Assembly: GCF_041956535.1 (NCBI RefSeq)
Contig: NW_027192195.1
Location: forward strand, 941,762-1,005,761
Length of the DNA: 64,000 nt
Direction of reading: 5' to 3'
DNA from: Calcarisporiella thermophila CBS 279.70
Lineage: Eukaryota; Fungi; Calcarisporiellomycota
Shown: positions 28,738-43,067 of the stretch, in pieces
Position numbering within the stretch: the stretch's first letter is position 1
How the letters are laid out: each line of letters starts with the position of its first letter
Made by a program: the position numbers and the translations under genes
The notes under the pieces: model-generated
What the model was told of the DNA's origin: nothing
What the model saw: the letters and a program-made list of their open reading frames with translations, nothing else
The model's database searches: none

Positions 28738-31273
28738 TTATTTTCCCAGCTGGGCCATTTCCTGCAAGCTCTTCTTGAGAGATCCTGCGAACTCGGATGC
28801 ACTGGTCTCGGAGCAGTCTCTATAGGCTGACAAGCTGAATTTGAGGTTATTACGCCCGATTGCGTAGTTTGTGCCATAGCCCTCGGGAACCACGGCTCCA
28901 AAACCGCCCCACTGATTGTCGCCGGGAGACATGTTCGATGTGGAGAGCCGGAAATACTGCCCCTTAATGTATGAAGGGTCGGTGAAAATTTGTGGCATTT
29001 TCTCCTCGGGAGTCACCATGCACCGAAGACCGAGCAAGTGGCGATCCACTCCCTTACCATTGCTCGCGGCACGCATGTACTCAACATGCGCTTCGATTGC
29101 CCTTTGGAAAGCTTCGATTTTCTTTTGCTTCTGCAATAAGGTAGCCAAAATTTGAGTACCATTCTTTCATTCTCCTCTATTTGTAAATATTTACCGAGCT
29201 CCCCTCACTCAAGAAAGTCTTACAGAACTCCAAGCTCTCTACCGAGCAAGAACGTACTGTCTCAGTTCTCCCGTGAAGGAAACCGCGGGTCGATGCTGTC
29301 TCATAAGTAGCACATGATTTGCCATAGATGCGGTAGTAAGCGAGCTGAAGAGCCATTTGAACATAGGCATCAGGGCTAACTTTGACTGGAAAGAGAAATA
29401 TAAATTAGCTTATACACACTAAAATGATCTAGAATAACAATAATTACAGCTTTTCAATAGGTCGCTACCATACTCCGGGAAGTGGATGATCATGCTCTCC
29501 ACGTTATCGATTGCTTTTTTTGCATTGACTTCCGCTTCATAAATGGAATGCTGCACATCCGATCCCACCTCCCATTTGAGATGCTGAGGAGAAGGAAGAG
29601 ACGCGCTAGATGCGTTCTTGGGGTTTTTAGCTGGCTCACTATACCATGAAAAATTAAGCGAATCTCGCCTCTCTATCTTGTTTTGCGGAAACAATAGGAA
29701 CTAGTATACCTTCGAACCACATAATCAAATATCTGACCAGGTGTCACTGCGTCTACCGGGGTATGCTGAGTGTATGAATTCACTCCGTAGGTCAACGGGA
29801 AATTCCATCAAGTGTAGAGAGAAATAAAACAATCCTACCTCTCCATTTACTCCGGCCCTCCCGTTATTCTCCACGATAAGCTGAAACGCCTTATCGAACC
29901 AACGATTATGCGCGTCCAACCCGTGAAACAGGTTGAAGTGAGAAATATCATAACCATTGGGTGAGGCATAGTCGTCGAGACACAATACAAATAACGAAGT
30001 ATCGATCGACTGGAAACTCTGGCGATTAACTGATGATGCTTCTAAGGCTTTTCTGCACTATTTGTTGGGAAATAACTTTTTTTGTCAGTTATATAGATGT
30101 ATGAGGGAATAGATCGCTATTCACGCCCACCTTAGCCCAAACATCACGATTTTCAGAAGTTAGTACGCCCACCGCCGGCTGCAATTCTTTCAATGACTGT
30201 ACCTGATTGATAACTTGCTGCAGTTGCCTATAAACTATATTAGTGTCTAAGTCTTTGCTGTACAAAGAACTACCACACCTACCCTTCAATAGTTGATACG
30301 GGTACTAGCCGTCCGGCGTCATCCAATACAGGGACATGGAACAACTGATCTTTGAAAAGAACAGTGATATGTCGAGCAGTGGTCGGCCATTGGTGCACCA
30401 GGCGATCATGAGGAAAATCTGGGATGCGCGTCGTTCCAAAAATGCATTTGTACTGATTCATGCAAAGGGGTCCAGTGCGGTTCGACTCGGCTGGCAAGGT
30501 CTCCCTACATATCATTCAGCGTAAGGCTGTTTAATGTATATCGAACAGAGGTAGTATCGAAATCTCACCGGTTGATAGAGTCGCAGACCTCAAGTAAAGT
30601 ACTCACGAAACCGGCGGCGCGCTTAAGCTGCAACTCAGAGGTTTGTCCATGGGGAGGGGGCTTCTTCAAAACACCATTGTTAGGGTCACGAAATTGATCC
30701 CACCAATTCACATTAATCATAGTTGGGACACGCCATTCCAAATAGGCTTTTTTAAGCCAGATATCTTCAAGCCAGGAGTACTATAATCACCCATGAAGCA
30801 AATCGATATATAAGCACAAGCGCGTGAGTACCTCGAAAATTGATTGTATGATCCTTATAGGTGAAGCAGAAATACTTACAGGAACTTTTTTGTCTAGCTC
30901 TTGCAATCTTGCCTGCAGTTTCTCGCCAATTCCTCTAGGTTGCAAGAATTCATTAACAGCTTGCTCCGTGGTTTTGTACTCCTCTTGAGAAAGGAGTGGA
31001 ATAAGGGAGCGTAGATATCTGTCAGAAGTTTCGCGTAGACTTGGAATCGGGAGACGAGGGAGTTTTGCTTGGTTGGCAAAGGTCTTTGCAGGAGTGGGGA
31101 CCGGCTGGTCAGATGCATAGTTGCGCTTGGGGGCAATTCTATTGATAGAGTTGTAATAAAGCGATAGGTACCATGGAAATAATATCGTAGTACCAAATGG
31201 GTAGTTACCTGGAAATTGGACATTTCCTAGCGTGGTATATTGGAGAATTCAGTCGGAAAGCAACGCGATGCAT
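28738..31273 (-). CDS. Mitochondrial carnitine O-acyltransferase (choline/carnitine acyltransferase family, CPT2-like)
   Basis: Presequence [31 protein letters not shown]; [15 protein letters not shown], catalytic [48 protein letters not shown]. Confidence 0.92.
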
Positions 31274-31708
31274 GGGGTAAAAATTAGAGAGCAAAATGTT
31301 CGAATGAATTGAACAGAATAGAGTAAGAAGGTTATCGCTGGAACACGTGAAAAGATATGGGAGTGGCTAACGAAGCTAGTGGCTGTCACATCTAAGCGAT
31401 CATAAAATCCTACTAATCTTGAAACAAAATCTCTATCTCACTTAAAGATAAAGTAAAGCACTACGCCATAAAGCCTCTATCTTGGTTGAAACTTTATTAT
31501 GTAACCGGCAAGCTAACTAAAGATATCGTTTACATTTGGAGTTCTGCAAACTCGATATTTTGATAAAATTGCATAGATCAATAGTGGATTTCAAGCGGTA
31601 GCAAACCCTTCTTTGTGGTCGCAACTGGGAAATCGTGGATAGCCTCTCGATGCTTTGGTACATCAAAGTTTATCTCGTATATCTATTCTGCGATATACAA
31701 ATAAACCT

Positions 31709-33287
31709 TTATTTTACATCTGACTCTTCTTTTTCATCCTCGCTTTCTTTTGAGTCCCGAACATCTTTAGAATACATTTTCCGATTTGTTGCCATTTCCA
31801 GTATCTCCATAGCCTCCGGATTAGAGTCAAGAATCGAACGCTTAACCTTCCGGGCCATTTGTGTCGGGTCTTTATCCGTAGGCCGCACGAGCCATACTTC
31901 AACATCGTCGACAAGAAAGTCCTGATTTGTCGCAAGGCATGGACTATTATATGTGGAGCAGAGCGGGCCGGCTTTAGAATGTCCGTGCAGGAAATCACTC
32001 GCAATCCAGAGCCCGAAGTAATCCAATTGACCTCCCATACCCAAGCCTATGAGAACACGACAGTTAAATATATGCGTTTTCATGGAATACAAAGAAAAAC
32101 CTCACCGTTAGGAAGAGTCTGGGCGCCAAAGTTCAAGTACTGGAAGTTCGTGTTGTAGGAGGATGTCCGATACAAGCGTAAGGGGTCCAAAGTAAACAAA
32201 AAATTCTTTTGATTTCCATAGAAGTTGGGGCGCTGCTCCCAGTCTGCATCGGCAAAACCGCCAAATACTTTTCCATTTTTATCCTTAACCACTAAAAGTG
32301 TGGACCCAGCATCTATAATTGCATTAGTGAAAGCAGTAAATGACGCGCCATCTCTCCGAGAGGAAAAGAGCAGTTGATGAGGGAAGTTGACCTGGCGACA
32401 ATTGGGTGGAAGATATGCCACAAGAAGAAAGTAATCGTAGGGAGTAATTATTTCTGAAAATGATGTTTTGAAGGGAGAGAGCAAAGGTGGGGCGATTACA
32501 CCCTCGTACACACCATGTTTCAGGTCTCCTTCAGCAGGTAGGTTGGGGCCTTCCTTCCCAAATCTTCCAAAAAATAGCTGGCGAAAAATTAGAAGGAATA
32601 AGACACGGAATGAAAATGTGCTCTCAAACCAATCTTGAAATTCATTTATTTGGGGAATGGCGTTCTCGCAGTTCCGTTTCCAGCACATCGCTTCTTGCTC
32701 TACCTCCTCCTCCGGGATATCTGGCTTCAATTTATACGAGACAAGTATATAATCAACAAGTCGCGAAAGCGCTATGTTTTCAGAGTTGCAATCTCCAAAA
32801 TTATCGCGATTTCGCCCACTTCCACGCCACCATTCTTGAACCCCAAGATAACTTATAATTTCCACAAAAGAACGCAGCGAAGAACATGAGAGAGAGGCGA
32901 GCTGAAAGGCGGCATCAGCTTTCTCAAAAGTGCTAACTTTAGTGAGCAGACGGGCCGATTCAATTAAGCCGAAGGCAGAGACTGGTGAATCAAGGGTTGG
33001 AGGATTTTTCGAAGCAGGCGAATTTGCTTGCATAAATGCCAGAAGTCCCTTTTGTAATTCCTGAGGAAGTCTGGGCCAGAATGGATGTTTCTATATTAAT
33101 ATGAGGGGGTATTGATTAAAAATGGCGCTATGAATGGGTTATAGTACTATGGCACCTGGAACTCGACATTAGAGGAATCATCGCTAAGTTTCTTTAATAA
33201 GATCTCGATATTTTGCCGTTCATTATCCGAGAAATAGTCAAGCTTCTCTTTAATTAAATTGCTCTGTGTACTGGCTTTGTTCCCCAT
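31709..33287 (-). CDS. N-myristoylated TLDc-domain protein (Rtc5/MEAK7-like)
   Basis: MGNKAS start; LLFSSRRDGASF, GKVFGGFA, FQYLNFGAQTLPNG|LGMGGQLDYFGLW, VEVW; tail RSILDSNPEAMEILEMA. Confidence 0.87.
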
Positions 33288-33544
33288 TATAGTACTTTTG
33301 CTTTTACCAGCATAAGTTTTAATAAACGAATTTTTCGATACGCCAATTACGAAGGAATAAAAATTCAAGCCACTAGCCCTTCGAATTAGGCCATCTTAAT
33401 CTTGGATCCTTGTCTCCATAATCTGGAGTAATATTCCACGATATACATGGGGTCGGAGTTTGGACTTTGCCACACTGCTTTAGTCACGAGCGTCCTGGGA
33501 AGAAACCTTTTTTGCTCGGCTTCTAGTTAGCTACAAACATCATC

Positions 33545-35762
33545 ATGGTTATCAAATCACCCTATCCTCCAGTTGTTATTCCCGACGTGGATCTCTTCAC
33601 ATTCCTTTTCAGCCAAAAGGACTCGATTCCACAACACAAGGATGTGTTTGTCGATGCAGTCACGGGAAATGCTCTCACCTATGGACAACTGGAGAGCGAT
33701 GCAAAAAGATTCTCAGCTATGCTCCAAGAACGCTATGCTTTTCAACCCGGCAGTGTGGTTGCGATCTATGCCCCTAACCATGTAATTCCATGCGTATACT
33801 TCATACTAGATTAACGCTATTTTCTCTGACTCTTCTAAAGTTAGATTACGCTGTTCCTTTGTACGGGGTTTGGGCGGCTGGCGGGGTTGTCAGCCCAGTC
33901 AACTCCTATTACACAGTAGATGAGCTAACACATCAACTTGAACTTAGCGGTGCCAGATATTTGGTAACTCATCCTGATGTTCTCGACGTCGCTCTTGGTG
34001 CAACTCGGCGCGCTAATATTCCAAATCATCATCTACTACTGTATGGAGACACAGAAGTTAAAGGCATCAGACCTTACAGAGCACTGATGACAGAACAAGA
34101 GCGTAATCCAGTCAAAGTGAATCCTAATGAAATAGCACTTTTAAATTTCAGTTCGGGAACTACCGGTAATAGTCAAAATAGCTCATTTTCAACACGCTCC
34201 TATACCACTCTCAACCCTTTGAATGTGTAGGCAAGAGCAAAGGTGTGATGCTCACCCATAGAAATCTGGTATCAAACATGATGCAAATTAAGATTTATGA
34301 TAAGGGTACTATATTCGCACAAAGTTGCAATATCAATTCTAATACGATCTATATAAATAACAGGTCATATTGATAGTGATAGAGACGTGCAAGCAGCTGC
34401 TGTTCCACTCTATCACATGTACGGGCTCCTTCTTATCATTCTTTTTGCTCTACACCATGTAAAATTAAACAGCAATTCCGAGACAAGCAACTCATTTATC
34501 TCATGCTGCCTTTTATTTTTAATTTTAGGGGAGAAAATCCGTCATTTTACCTAGGTTTGACCTTGAACTTTTCCTAGCTTCAATCCAAAAATATCGTGTC
34601 ACCTATGCCCCGCTTGTGCCCCCCATTATTCTCTTGCTTGCAAAACACCCACTGGTAGATAAGTATGACGTGAGTTCGTTGCGCAAAATATTTTCTGCTG
34701 CGGCTCCACTAAGCGATGAGCTTGGCCAGGAACTTAAGCAAAGACTTGGTATAGTTTTACGACAAGGGTACATAAAGAACATTTTCCTTTGGCTAAAATG
34801 CATAGCACCTGAGAACCCATCTACCTATTTCATTCTAGGTACGGCATGACTGAACTTAGCCCATTTACTCACATGGCTCCATGGGATATGGAGGATGAAT
34901 ATGGTAAAAAATATATGTGTGCGCAATCCGTGAAATACTATCTCGGCTTACTGTTTTGTAATGATAGGCACTGTTGGTCCTCTAGTTTCCAATATGGAAG
35001 CCAAAGTCGTGGATACGAATGGAAAGGAAGTTAAGGCAGGAGAAATTGGCGAACTCTGGGTCCGTGGACCCAATGTTATGAAGGTATGGCTGAAAGAGGA
35101 AAAGAAAACCAGCCACCCATTGCATTAATTGGCGAATCTAGGGCTACATAAAAAATATAGAGGCAACTCGAGAAACCATTGACCCCGATGGCTTTTTACA
35201 CACCGGCGATATTTGTCGATATGACGAAAGAGGGTAAAGCCTTTGGAGTTTATATTTCTCAGAAGACGAAAATATAAGCTGACCCTTGCTTTTTTTCATT
35301 TCTAGATACTTTTACATTGTTGACCGGGCCAAAGAGCTGATAAAATACAAGGGATTTCAGGTCGCCCCAGCAGGTGAACATAGCTTTCTTCTCTTTTATA
35401 ATCGCACTGGAAAATAATCGAGTGTGCATTACTTTTACCACTTTGCAGAACTTGAAGCTCTCCTCCTTACCCATCCCAAAGTGGCCGACTGTTGTGTTAT
35501 TGGTATCTATTCTTCAGATAATATGACCGAATTACCTTGCGCTTTCGTGGTCCCTAAGCAGAATATAGCTGACGATAAGCGAACATTATCGCAAGAGTTG
35601 GTGGATTTTGTGAAAGCACGCGTCGCACATTATAAGCAACTGCGAGGTGGAGTGCATTTTGTAGAGAGCATCCCGAAGAGCGCCGCAGGAAAGATATTGA
35701 GGCGAGTCCTTAGATCCCAATTACCCTCACAGTCTGATATCAAACTTATTTCAAAACTCTGA
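33545..35762 (+). CDS. 4-coumarate:CoA ligase-like acyl-CoA synthetase with PTS1
   Basis: FSSGTTG|[68 protein letters not shown]; ends SKL*. Confidence 0.94.
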
Positions 35763-36513
35763 TTCTTGAACTGGGAACTTCTCATCTCTCTTATGTTAAG
35801 CTTCTAAACATAAAATTGATAAAGCAATATCAGGCAAATTGCTAGACTTTTATCTGATCCAATCCAATCATTCCGTGTTTCAGCTAAAAGGTTATGTTGT
35901 TTCGACATCAACACTCTAGGAGACATCGATCAAACTGAAAAGAGAAAAAAAAATACGAAAAACAAGTATCGGCCCCGAGAAGACGTTGTTTGTAAATAAA
36001 AAGTATGGAGAACGACTCAAGATCAAATCCCCTACTGCCAGGAGCCATGGAACCGCCACATAATACATATATACATAGATGCGAGCTAGTTCCCCGCGTA
36101 GTGTTTTTTTTTGTTAGTCAGAAATTAAGTCTTTTTAGCCGGCGGGACCTTAATACACACAACCGAGTTAGGTTCTTGGTTGGGGCCAAAGCTTGGTTCG
36201 TTAGACAGTGTGGAGGGAGAGGTATGGATCCAATTGTCCAGTCAGACCGAGTGAATACTTCGGGTATTCGATTTCTATATCCCGCATGATTTTCCGATTT
36301 GGCTCCCGGGATAATGTTTTGAGTGTTATGTGATTATCAAGCAAAGTTCTACAAGGGTTTACCGAGATTGAAACACAAAGATGCCCCAAAACGGCCTAGA
36401 ATAAATTCATATGTGGTTTCGACGGTTTTGATATACCGCCATAGCGAAATCTTGACTTAAACTGATCCGATATAAATAGCCGTGTTGCTTTCCCGCTCAT
36501 TGAAGAGATAATA

Positions 36514-39500
36514 ATGAGCCAAGCCAACGCTAATTCGAGCGAGAGCTCCGCAATCGCAAAATGGTGGCAAGATGTTTGCCGCTCCCTTACATTCCCAATA
36601 TGTATGCGTACTATAAAGGCAACGGTGGCACTTGTCATTTCCACTATAATTGCCTACCTGCCATGGACAGCGAGAACATCCAAACTCTATAGTGCAATGC
36701 CCGTCGGCACGAGTAAGTGTCCCTGTTGAGAGAGAATAAAGGTTAAGGTAGAAAATGATCCCCGTCTCATTTATTATTCATAGTGATATGCTTTATTGGC
36801 GACTCGTTCGGGGTGCAGTTAGTAATTTTAATTATCAGTCTGTTCTCCATCGGGCTCGGGCTCGCGTTCTCCGCGGCCGGAATGGCGGCCGTAACCAAAT
36901 TTAATTCATACAATATCCGCAAAGGAAACCAAGGAGGAAGGGGTATAGCCATAGCATTTCTGGCTGTCATTATCTTTTTTTCCAATTATCTCAAAGCCTA
37001 TGGCCGTGAGTACACACCAATATTCGGGACGCTTGTTTGGTATAGTGCTAATTCTCGGTGGTCAATAGCCCAATATAGAGTTATATCCATTTTAGTGATT
37101 CTCATGGCCATACCCATGTTTATTGCATCTATCGATGTACCCTCTTTCGGGCGCGTCACCTTTCTTTTCGGCTATGCTGCCTATCCAATTCTAATCGGAT
37201 ATGGAGTAGGGGTGGCCGTCAACTGGCTCATCCTGCCGGAATCCGCGACGAAGAAGCTTGGGTACCCCATGAATTTTCCCCACCATAAGATTTTTGACTA
37301 ATCAAATTCGATGTTGATCTCATTTAGCCAAGATTTTATACTCTTCTTCGACGAGTTGGAAAAGTTGTTCAAGCATACCACTCACAGTTTCTTGTTGAAT
37401 GATAACCCGTCACAAGGACCGGAGTGGAGAGAAATCTCATCCTCTCTTTCCAGACTTCGAGGTGAGCTTAAACTCTTTTGTTCCTCGTTACTGCCCTTGT
37501 CACTGATCAGATAAATTTAGGCAAACTTAGCATAATGAAGCAAAGCTATTTGATGGCCAAGCCTGAGATCTCTCTTGGTTATTTGCACTCGACAGATTAT
37601 GCCATCTTTATTAAGCCTGTAGAGTTTTTATGCAACCATGGGGCAAGTTTGGCCTTAACCATAGAGGTGATGCTTGGATTTTTCCCGTTCTCTCTATCTT
37701 TCATTACTCAGACTCCACCTTTTTTTTATTTTAGAACAAGGGCATTCTGATGGGAACTCGTCAGACAAATGCGCGGAGGCATTCTCAAACTATGCATCTT
37801 AGTAGGAATAGCACGGAAAACGCCGCACCCATTTCTGATACGAGCAATCCTGCTCAACTTGTGTTTCGGAGGCCATTGATTAATCAAGCCGGCTTTCCAG
37901 ATTTTGCATTTGGAGACAACTTTCAGGAAGTTTTGAGTATGGTCCGTGTCCCGATTGAAGAACTTGCCGTCGCCTGTTGTGACAGTATGTACCAACTGAA
38001 GATGCGATTATGCATCGACTATAAGCTAGAAGACCCTAGAAAGTTCGTACGCTCTCTGACTGAGCAGGAAAAGGCGACAATAAACACGTCAATATGGAGC
38101 ACGTTAGCGTTCTGGAAACCGAAAGCCCCACTAAATTCTTTGCCGAACCCCAACATTCAGAACTGTTATAGACAGCTCAAAAATGCGATTACGCAGTTTG
38201 ACGCGCAGGAGGCGGAGGCTCTCCGGATTTATGAGGGTATAAAGTTTGGCCAAAATGTGGAGGTGTTACTTATCTTCTTCTACATGGCGTCTATGCGGGA
38301 ATTGGCTCGCGATCTGCTTGAGGTGGTAAAAGGAATAGAGAGATTGCAAAAGAGTAGAGGAACGAGATATTCTCCTTCCCCGCTGGATAATGTTGAAAAT
38401 GGACTTGGTGCCGGCTCTGTAGCCCCGACCAAGCAGCCAAAGAAGAGGTTGTTTTTCCCAGGATTTTCTGGTGTGCGGCTTGATGGATCAGAAGCTAGTA
38501 AATTTCTTGGAATACTCTTTTCTGGCTTTATATTTTCTTATAAATTGGTTGTACTCTTATTTTCAACTTAGGGGTTTACGATGACTATACTTTTTTTTCA
38601 CAGCAGCAAGGTTCGGAAAAGAGCGAGAATTCACTCGGAGAAACCCCCACAAGAAACGTTCAAAGCACCAAACCCACATTTCGTGAGAGGCTCGTTGCTT
38701 TCGGTCGTTTTCTCCGTAGCCGAGATTTTCTTTTTGCCATTAAATGCACCGTCGGATCGCTCGCATTGTTGTGTCCCGGATTTATCAATTCGAGTAGAGG
38801 CTGGTACAATTATTACCATGGCATTTGGGCGGTATTTGCCTATGTGGTGGTTTTGACCTCACCCTACATGGGAGATACTATGCTCGGTGGGATTGGCCGC
38901 ATATTAGCCACTTTGCTAGGCTGTGTGTGGGCCATGGTCACGTTCTACGCAGGAAATGGAAGTCCCGCTGTCAATCTTGTACTAGGGCTCGTGCTAAGTA
39001 TGTAATCAATTTTACTTCAGGTCGGGTTTGCCCGAATTAAGCTATTCTATGACTAGTGATTCCTGTGAACTTTTATGGTGTTCAAAATATGCAATATGCG
39101 AGCTATCAGATCTTGGCTCTCGCCACGTTTACTGGTGTAATTCTCACTCAGCACCACCAACCGTATCCTGAGGGTGTATGGCTGATGGCTTTAATTCGGG
39201 CTGGTGTATATGCGATAGGAATTGTAGCCGGCTACATAGTCAACACACTGTGGTGGCCTTGCTATTCAAGGTAGCATTGATATTTTTATGTTTGTTTGAA
39301 ACGGTTGGCATAATAGGTCCAATTTTCTTCCAGGGAAGAGTTACGAAAACTCCTTGGCCAACATTTGATTGACTTGGGCTCATTTTATTCTACCTATGTC
39401 CTTAATTTCATGTACGGCGAGATTAAGTTGGAATCGACCGAGACCGAAAAAGAAATATTTAGGCAGTTGCAGAATGTGTCCCAAGCGCGCATGCTACTAG

Positions 39501-40327
39501 GAATGAGTGCCTTTGAGCCTAGAATCAAGGGCCATTTTCCATCTGAGACTTATCAGGAGATTATCAATCTCTCCCAAGATATATTAGACCGGTTCGTTTC
39601 TATACATAGGGTGTCTGAGAGCGTTCACCCGCTCATTCCAACGACCTCGTTTGAGATAGTTAACCCATATCGCCGTAATCTTGTAAGTTTGTTTTCTTCT
39701 TAGGAAAAAGGGGAAGGGAGATTCGAGAAGGGGTATCAGAAGATGAAATCTACAGATAAAATAACAATACGGTCTTTTCAACTAGAATTATGCGGTTATT
39801 CTCTCGTTCCATATCCTGGGGACCTCGCTCAAGACCAAGGTGAGTGGATCTCGTCCCTACCCTTCAATTTACCCTATATTTAGATCTCATCTTTTTAGAC
39901 ACCTTTACCACCCATCTTTCCTTTCGCACGAGTCTATCTCTATCACATCCTACAAGGCACTCGCAAACTTGATTGTCAGGCACCTCCAGATACATTCTAT
40001 AGGCGGCTCTTCTGGTATGCGTGTGGCGCATCCATAGGAATAATTTTGGATCGAGTCGAATCCCTTCATGAAATCGTCAAGACATTAATGGGGGAAAATG
40101 AACTCATCAAAGCTTCACATGAACCTTTTAATCCGGTGATCGGGACCCAGAAAAAGAGGGAACACAAGGAGGAGCCCAGCCAGGACGAACAAGTTTCCAA
40201 TTCCGAAGGGTCGCCGAAGAGAAAATCGTTAACTCGTAAATTAACATTGGGTAATGACTACAGAGTGACCACTTTAATAGAAGAATTGCAAACCGACTTG
40301 GAGCGCATACTACACGAAGAATTATGA
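36514..40327 (+). CDS. ArAE/FUSC-like (Bre4-like) multi-pass membrane protein, many introns
   Basis: Two TM bundles separated by helical soluble regions; RTIKATVAL, GIWAVFAYVVVL...GDTMLGGIGRILATLLGCVW, VNTLWWP..R, FEPRIKGHFP. Confidence 0.8.
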
Positions 40328-40574
40328 ATTTTTTATTATTAATGTTATTTAATTTGTCGTTCTTATGAATTGTATATATTTATTTATTTCGTTTATCTAT
40401 TTCATCGACTCCCCAGTTTTCTTAATCTTGATGACTGTAGCATTGGAGGAGGACATAAAAATGCTCTCAATAAGAGTATTATTGCAATGTAGGAAAGGAT
40501 TAGCAATGTAGCAGGAGATAATCGATAAATCAGCAGAGTTATAAAGTCCACAAATTCATCTCAGAGGGACGGCT

Positions 40575-41222
40575 TTATGCCTTGATGCCATACGTGTTTC
40601 TATACTCAATCATCTTTTCTAAATGCTCCTCATACCCGCCAGCCTCTTTCATGTATTCCATGATATCACTCATGGCCACAATAGACTTGACCTGGACGTT
40701 GTAGTCTCTCTGAACTTCCTGGATGGCACTCAACTCTCCCTGGCCACGTTCTTGACGGTCGAGGCAGACCAGAACTCCGGAAAGTGTTGCCTTTTCATCC
40801 TCCAACACCCGCATCGATTCTCGGATAGCCGTTCCCGCGGTGATGACGTCGTCCACCACCACCACCCGCTTCCCCTTCATCGCCGCTCCAACAACGGAGC
40901 CACCCTCGCCATGATCTTTCTTTTCTTTACGATTAAAGGCAAAGGGGATGTCCTCGTTTTCGGAAGAAGCGGAAACAGCCGTGACAGCAACAATAGGAAT
41001 ACCCTTATAGGCCGGGCCAAAGAGTACATCATACTCGAATTTGGAATCGGCAAGTGCAGCGGCATAGAAGCGGCCTAGCGCGCCAAGGGACGAACCGGTG
41101 CTAAAGAGCCCAGCATTAAAGAAATAAGGGGAAATACGGCCAGACTTGAGGGTATAAGATCCAAATTTGAGGACATCGTTAGCGATGGCAAACTTGATGA
41201 ACTCTCGTTGATAATCTTTCAT
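40575..41222 (-). CDS. URA5: Orotate phosphoribosyltransferase (intronless)
   Basis: [46 protein letters not shown]. Confidence 0.98.
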   Translation of the reverse strand: MKDYQREFIKFAIANDVLKFGSYTLKSGRISPYFFNAGLFSTGSSLGALGRFYAAALADSKFEYDVLFGPAYKGIPIVAVTAVSASSENEDIPFAFNRKEKKDHGEGGSVVGAAMKGKRVVVVDDVITAGTAIRESMRVLEDEKATLSGVLVCLDRQERGQGELSAIQEVQRDYNVQVKSIVAMSDIMEYMKEAGGYEEHLEKMIEYRNTYGIKA

Positions 41223-41707
41223 CTTAGTATGCTTTGAGGGCTTCCGCGAATCGAGGGTGGAAAAGAGAGGAGTGATGAAAAGGATCGACTAACATAGCAT
41301 CGAACGATTGACGTGGAAGGTACACATCTTTGTGAAACAAGCCACATGTAAACAATCCACTTAGTCGAAATTAGCAGTCATTTCCGGCTGAGATAAAATA
41401 TCGCCCCACATATATACAAATCCAAAATTTCATTAAAATAAATGCGATAAATAAAAAGATGTATGAAAATATGTTAGTAGATAGCTTTTATTTTATATAA
41501 TTAAATATATAAAAACCAGGCAAAAAAACATTCGAGTACGAAGCTAATATCTCTAACTCGTACTAGCAACATTTTTCTCAAGGTTTTAAAAGCAGGTGGG
41601 CGTGAGATTTGATTGACCGGGGGAAAGTGGCAAATAAAATTTACTGACCGCTACCACCTCTTTGCAATTTTAATAATAAAAAAATCCCATAATATAAAAT
41701 TGCGAAC

Positions 41708-42863
41708 ATGCGAAAAGAAACCATTCTCATTACCGAAGCTGACGGGCCAATTGGTGAGTGGCCATTTCGACCCCTCCATCCTCCCTTTTTCACAATAATG
41801 CTTACAGCTCATTCCCCCATACTAATCAGGACTTGCCACCGTTCGTTGCATTCTCTCCATTCCGCACCATAACACGAGGGTGGTGTGCGGAATTATGGAT
41901 CCCGAGTCAAGGGAGGCTCGAGAGCTAAATCAACTTGGCATCCCGTGTGTAGATATTCAACCAAAGGATAAAGAGCGACTGGCCCAAACTTTTGAAGGGG
42001 TGAACAGCCTGTTTATCGTGCCGAGTACCGAGGATGAAAAGATCGGACACGAAAGAGTAAGCTATTGCCAATTTTTATGGACTTTGCTTCAGAATTGTCT
42101 ATCGAGGCACCACGTTTCATTGTCCATTCTCCGCTAGGCATATATCGAGGCCGCAAAACAATCTAATGTCCGCTTTGTCTTGCTTCTGTCCGTGATTTTG
42201 GCAGAAGTGCGAAAAGACATCCTTGGGCGTCAATTCTATCAGCTTGAACAATACATCCAGCAAAGCAGCTTAAATTATTGCATTCTTCGTGCGGGAGTGT
42301 ATCAACAGCTGCTTCTGCTTTTCAAAAATTCGATCACCATGGACAACTGCCTGGTAGGGTGACACGCTTCCATCGCATCTCTATCGATTTTTTTTTATAT
42401 TCATTTCCTCCCGGCTAACTAATATACCTTGACTCACTAGCCAATGCCCACAGGAGAAGGCCGATATGCTCCGGTTAATAAAACCGACCTTGCAAAAGCG
42501 GCAGCACACATACTGGTTCGCCCAGGCTCCCATTTCGGCAAAACTTACAATATCACCGGCCCCGATTGCCTCACTACCTCGGAGATAGTCCAGCGCATGT
42601 CCACACGATTGCACAAGAAGATCCAATTCAGGGACGAGCACCCAGAAACGGCGCGGGAACACATGGGGTCCATGCTACTGCACCAAAGCGAAGCCGAAGC
42701 GATCAAGGAGGAATTGCTGCTTGTTCGGGACGGCAAACTTAACTTTGTTAGCCCCAATTTTAAAGAAATAACCGGCGAGGAGGCAACAAGCTTGGATCGC
42801 TTTTTCCAGGAGCACTCGAGCGATTTGACGCGACTCGACCAGGCGGTGACGGTGGAAGAATAG
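41708..42863 (+). CDS. NmrA-like atypical short-chain dehydrogenase fold protein
   Basis: MRKETILITEADGPIG|LATVRC, TFEGVNSLFIVP, YCILRAG, HFGKTYNITGP, ITGEEATSLDRFF; three introns. Confidence 0.85.
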
Positions 42864-43067
42864 AGGAGGATTTTTCCAGGAGCCTCAAGCCAAAAAAGTA
42901 ACTATTTTGTTAGTTTTTTTAACCAAAAAAAAATCACCAAAGTCTAGCTTTGCAAAATATCTTGGTTTATTAAGTGTACATAAGGGTAATCTTAAAAAAG
43001 TTTTAACTGTTTCTTTTTTTGACCCACCATTCATTAGTTTAGCATAATAAAAAGTTGGTTCACATGT

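Noticed and set aside
40575-41222. Intronless, bacterial-like OPRTase as recent HGT
   Set aside because: Fungal URA5 normally resembles gammaproteobacterial PyrE; composition matches neighbouring genes.
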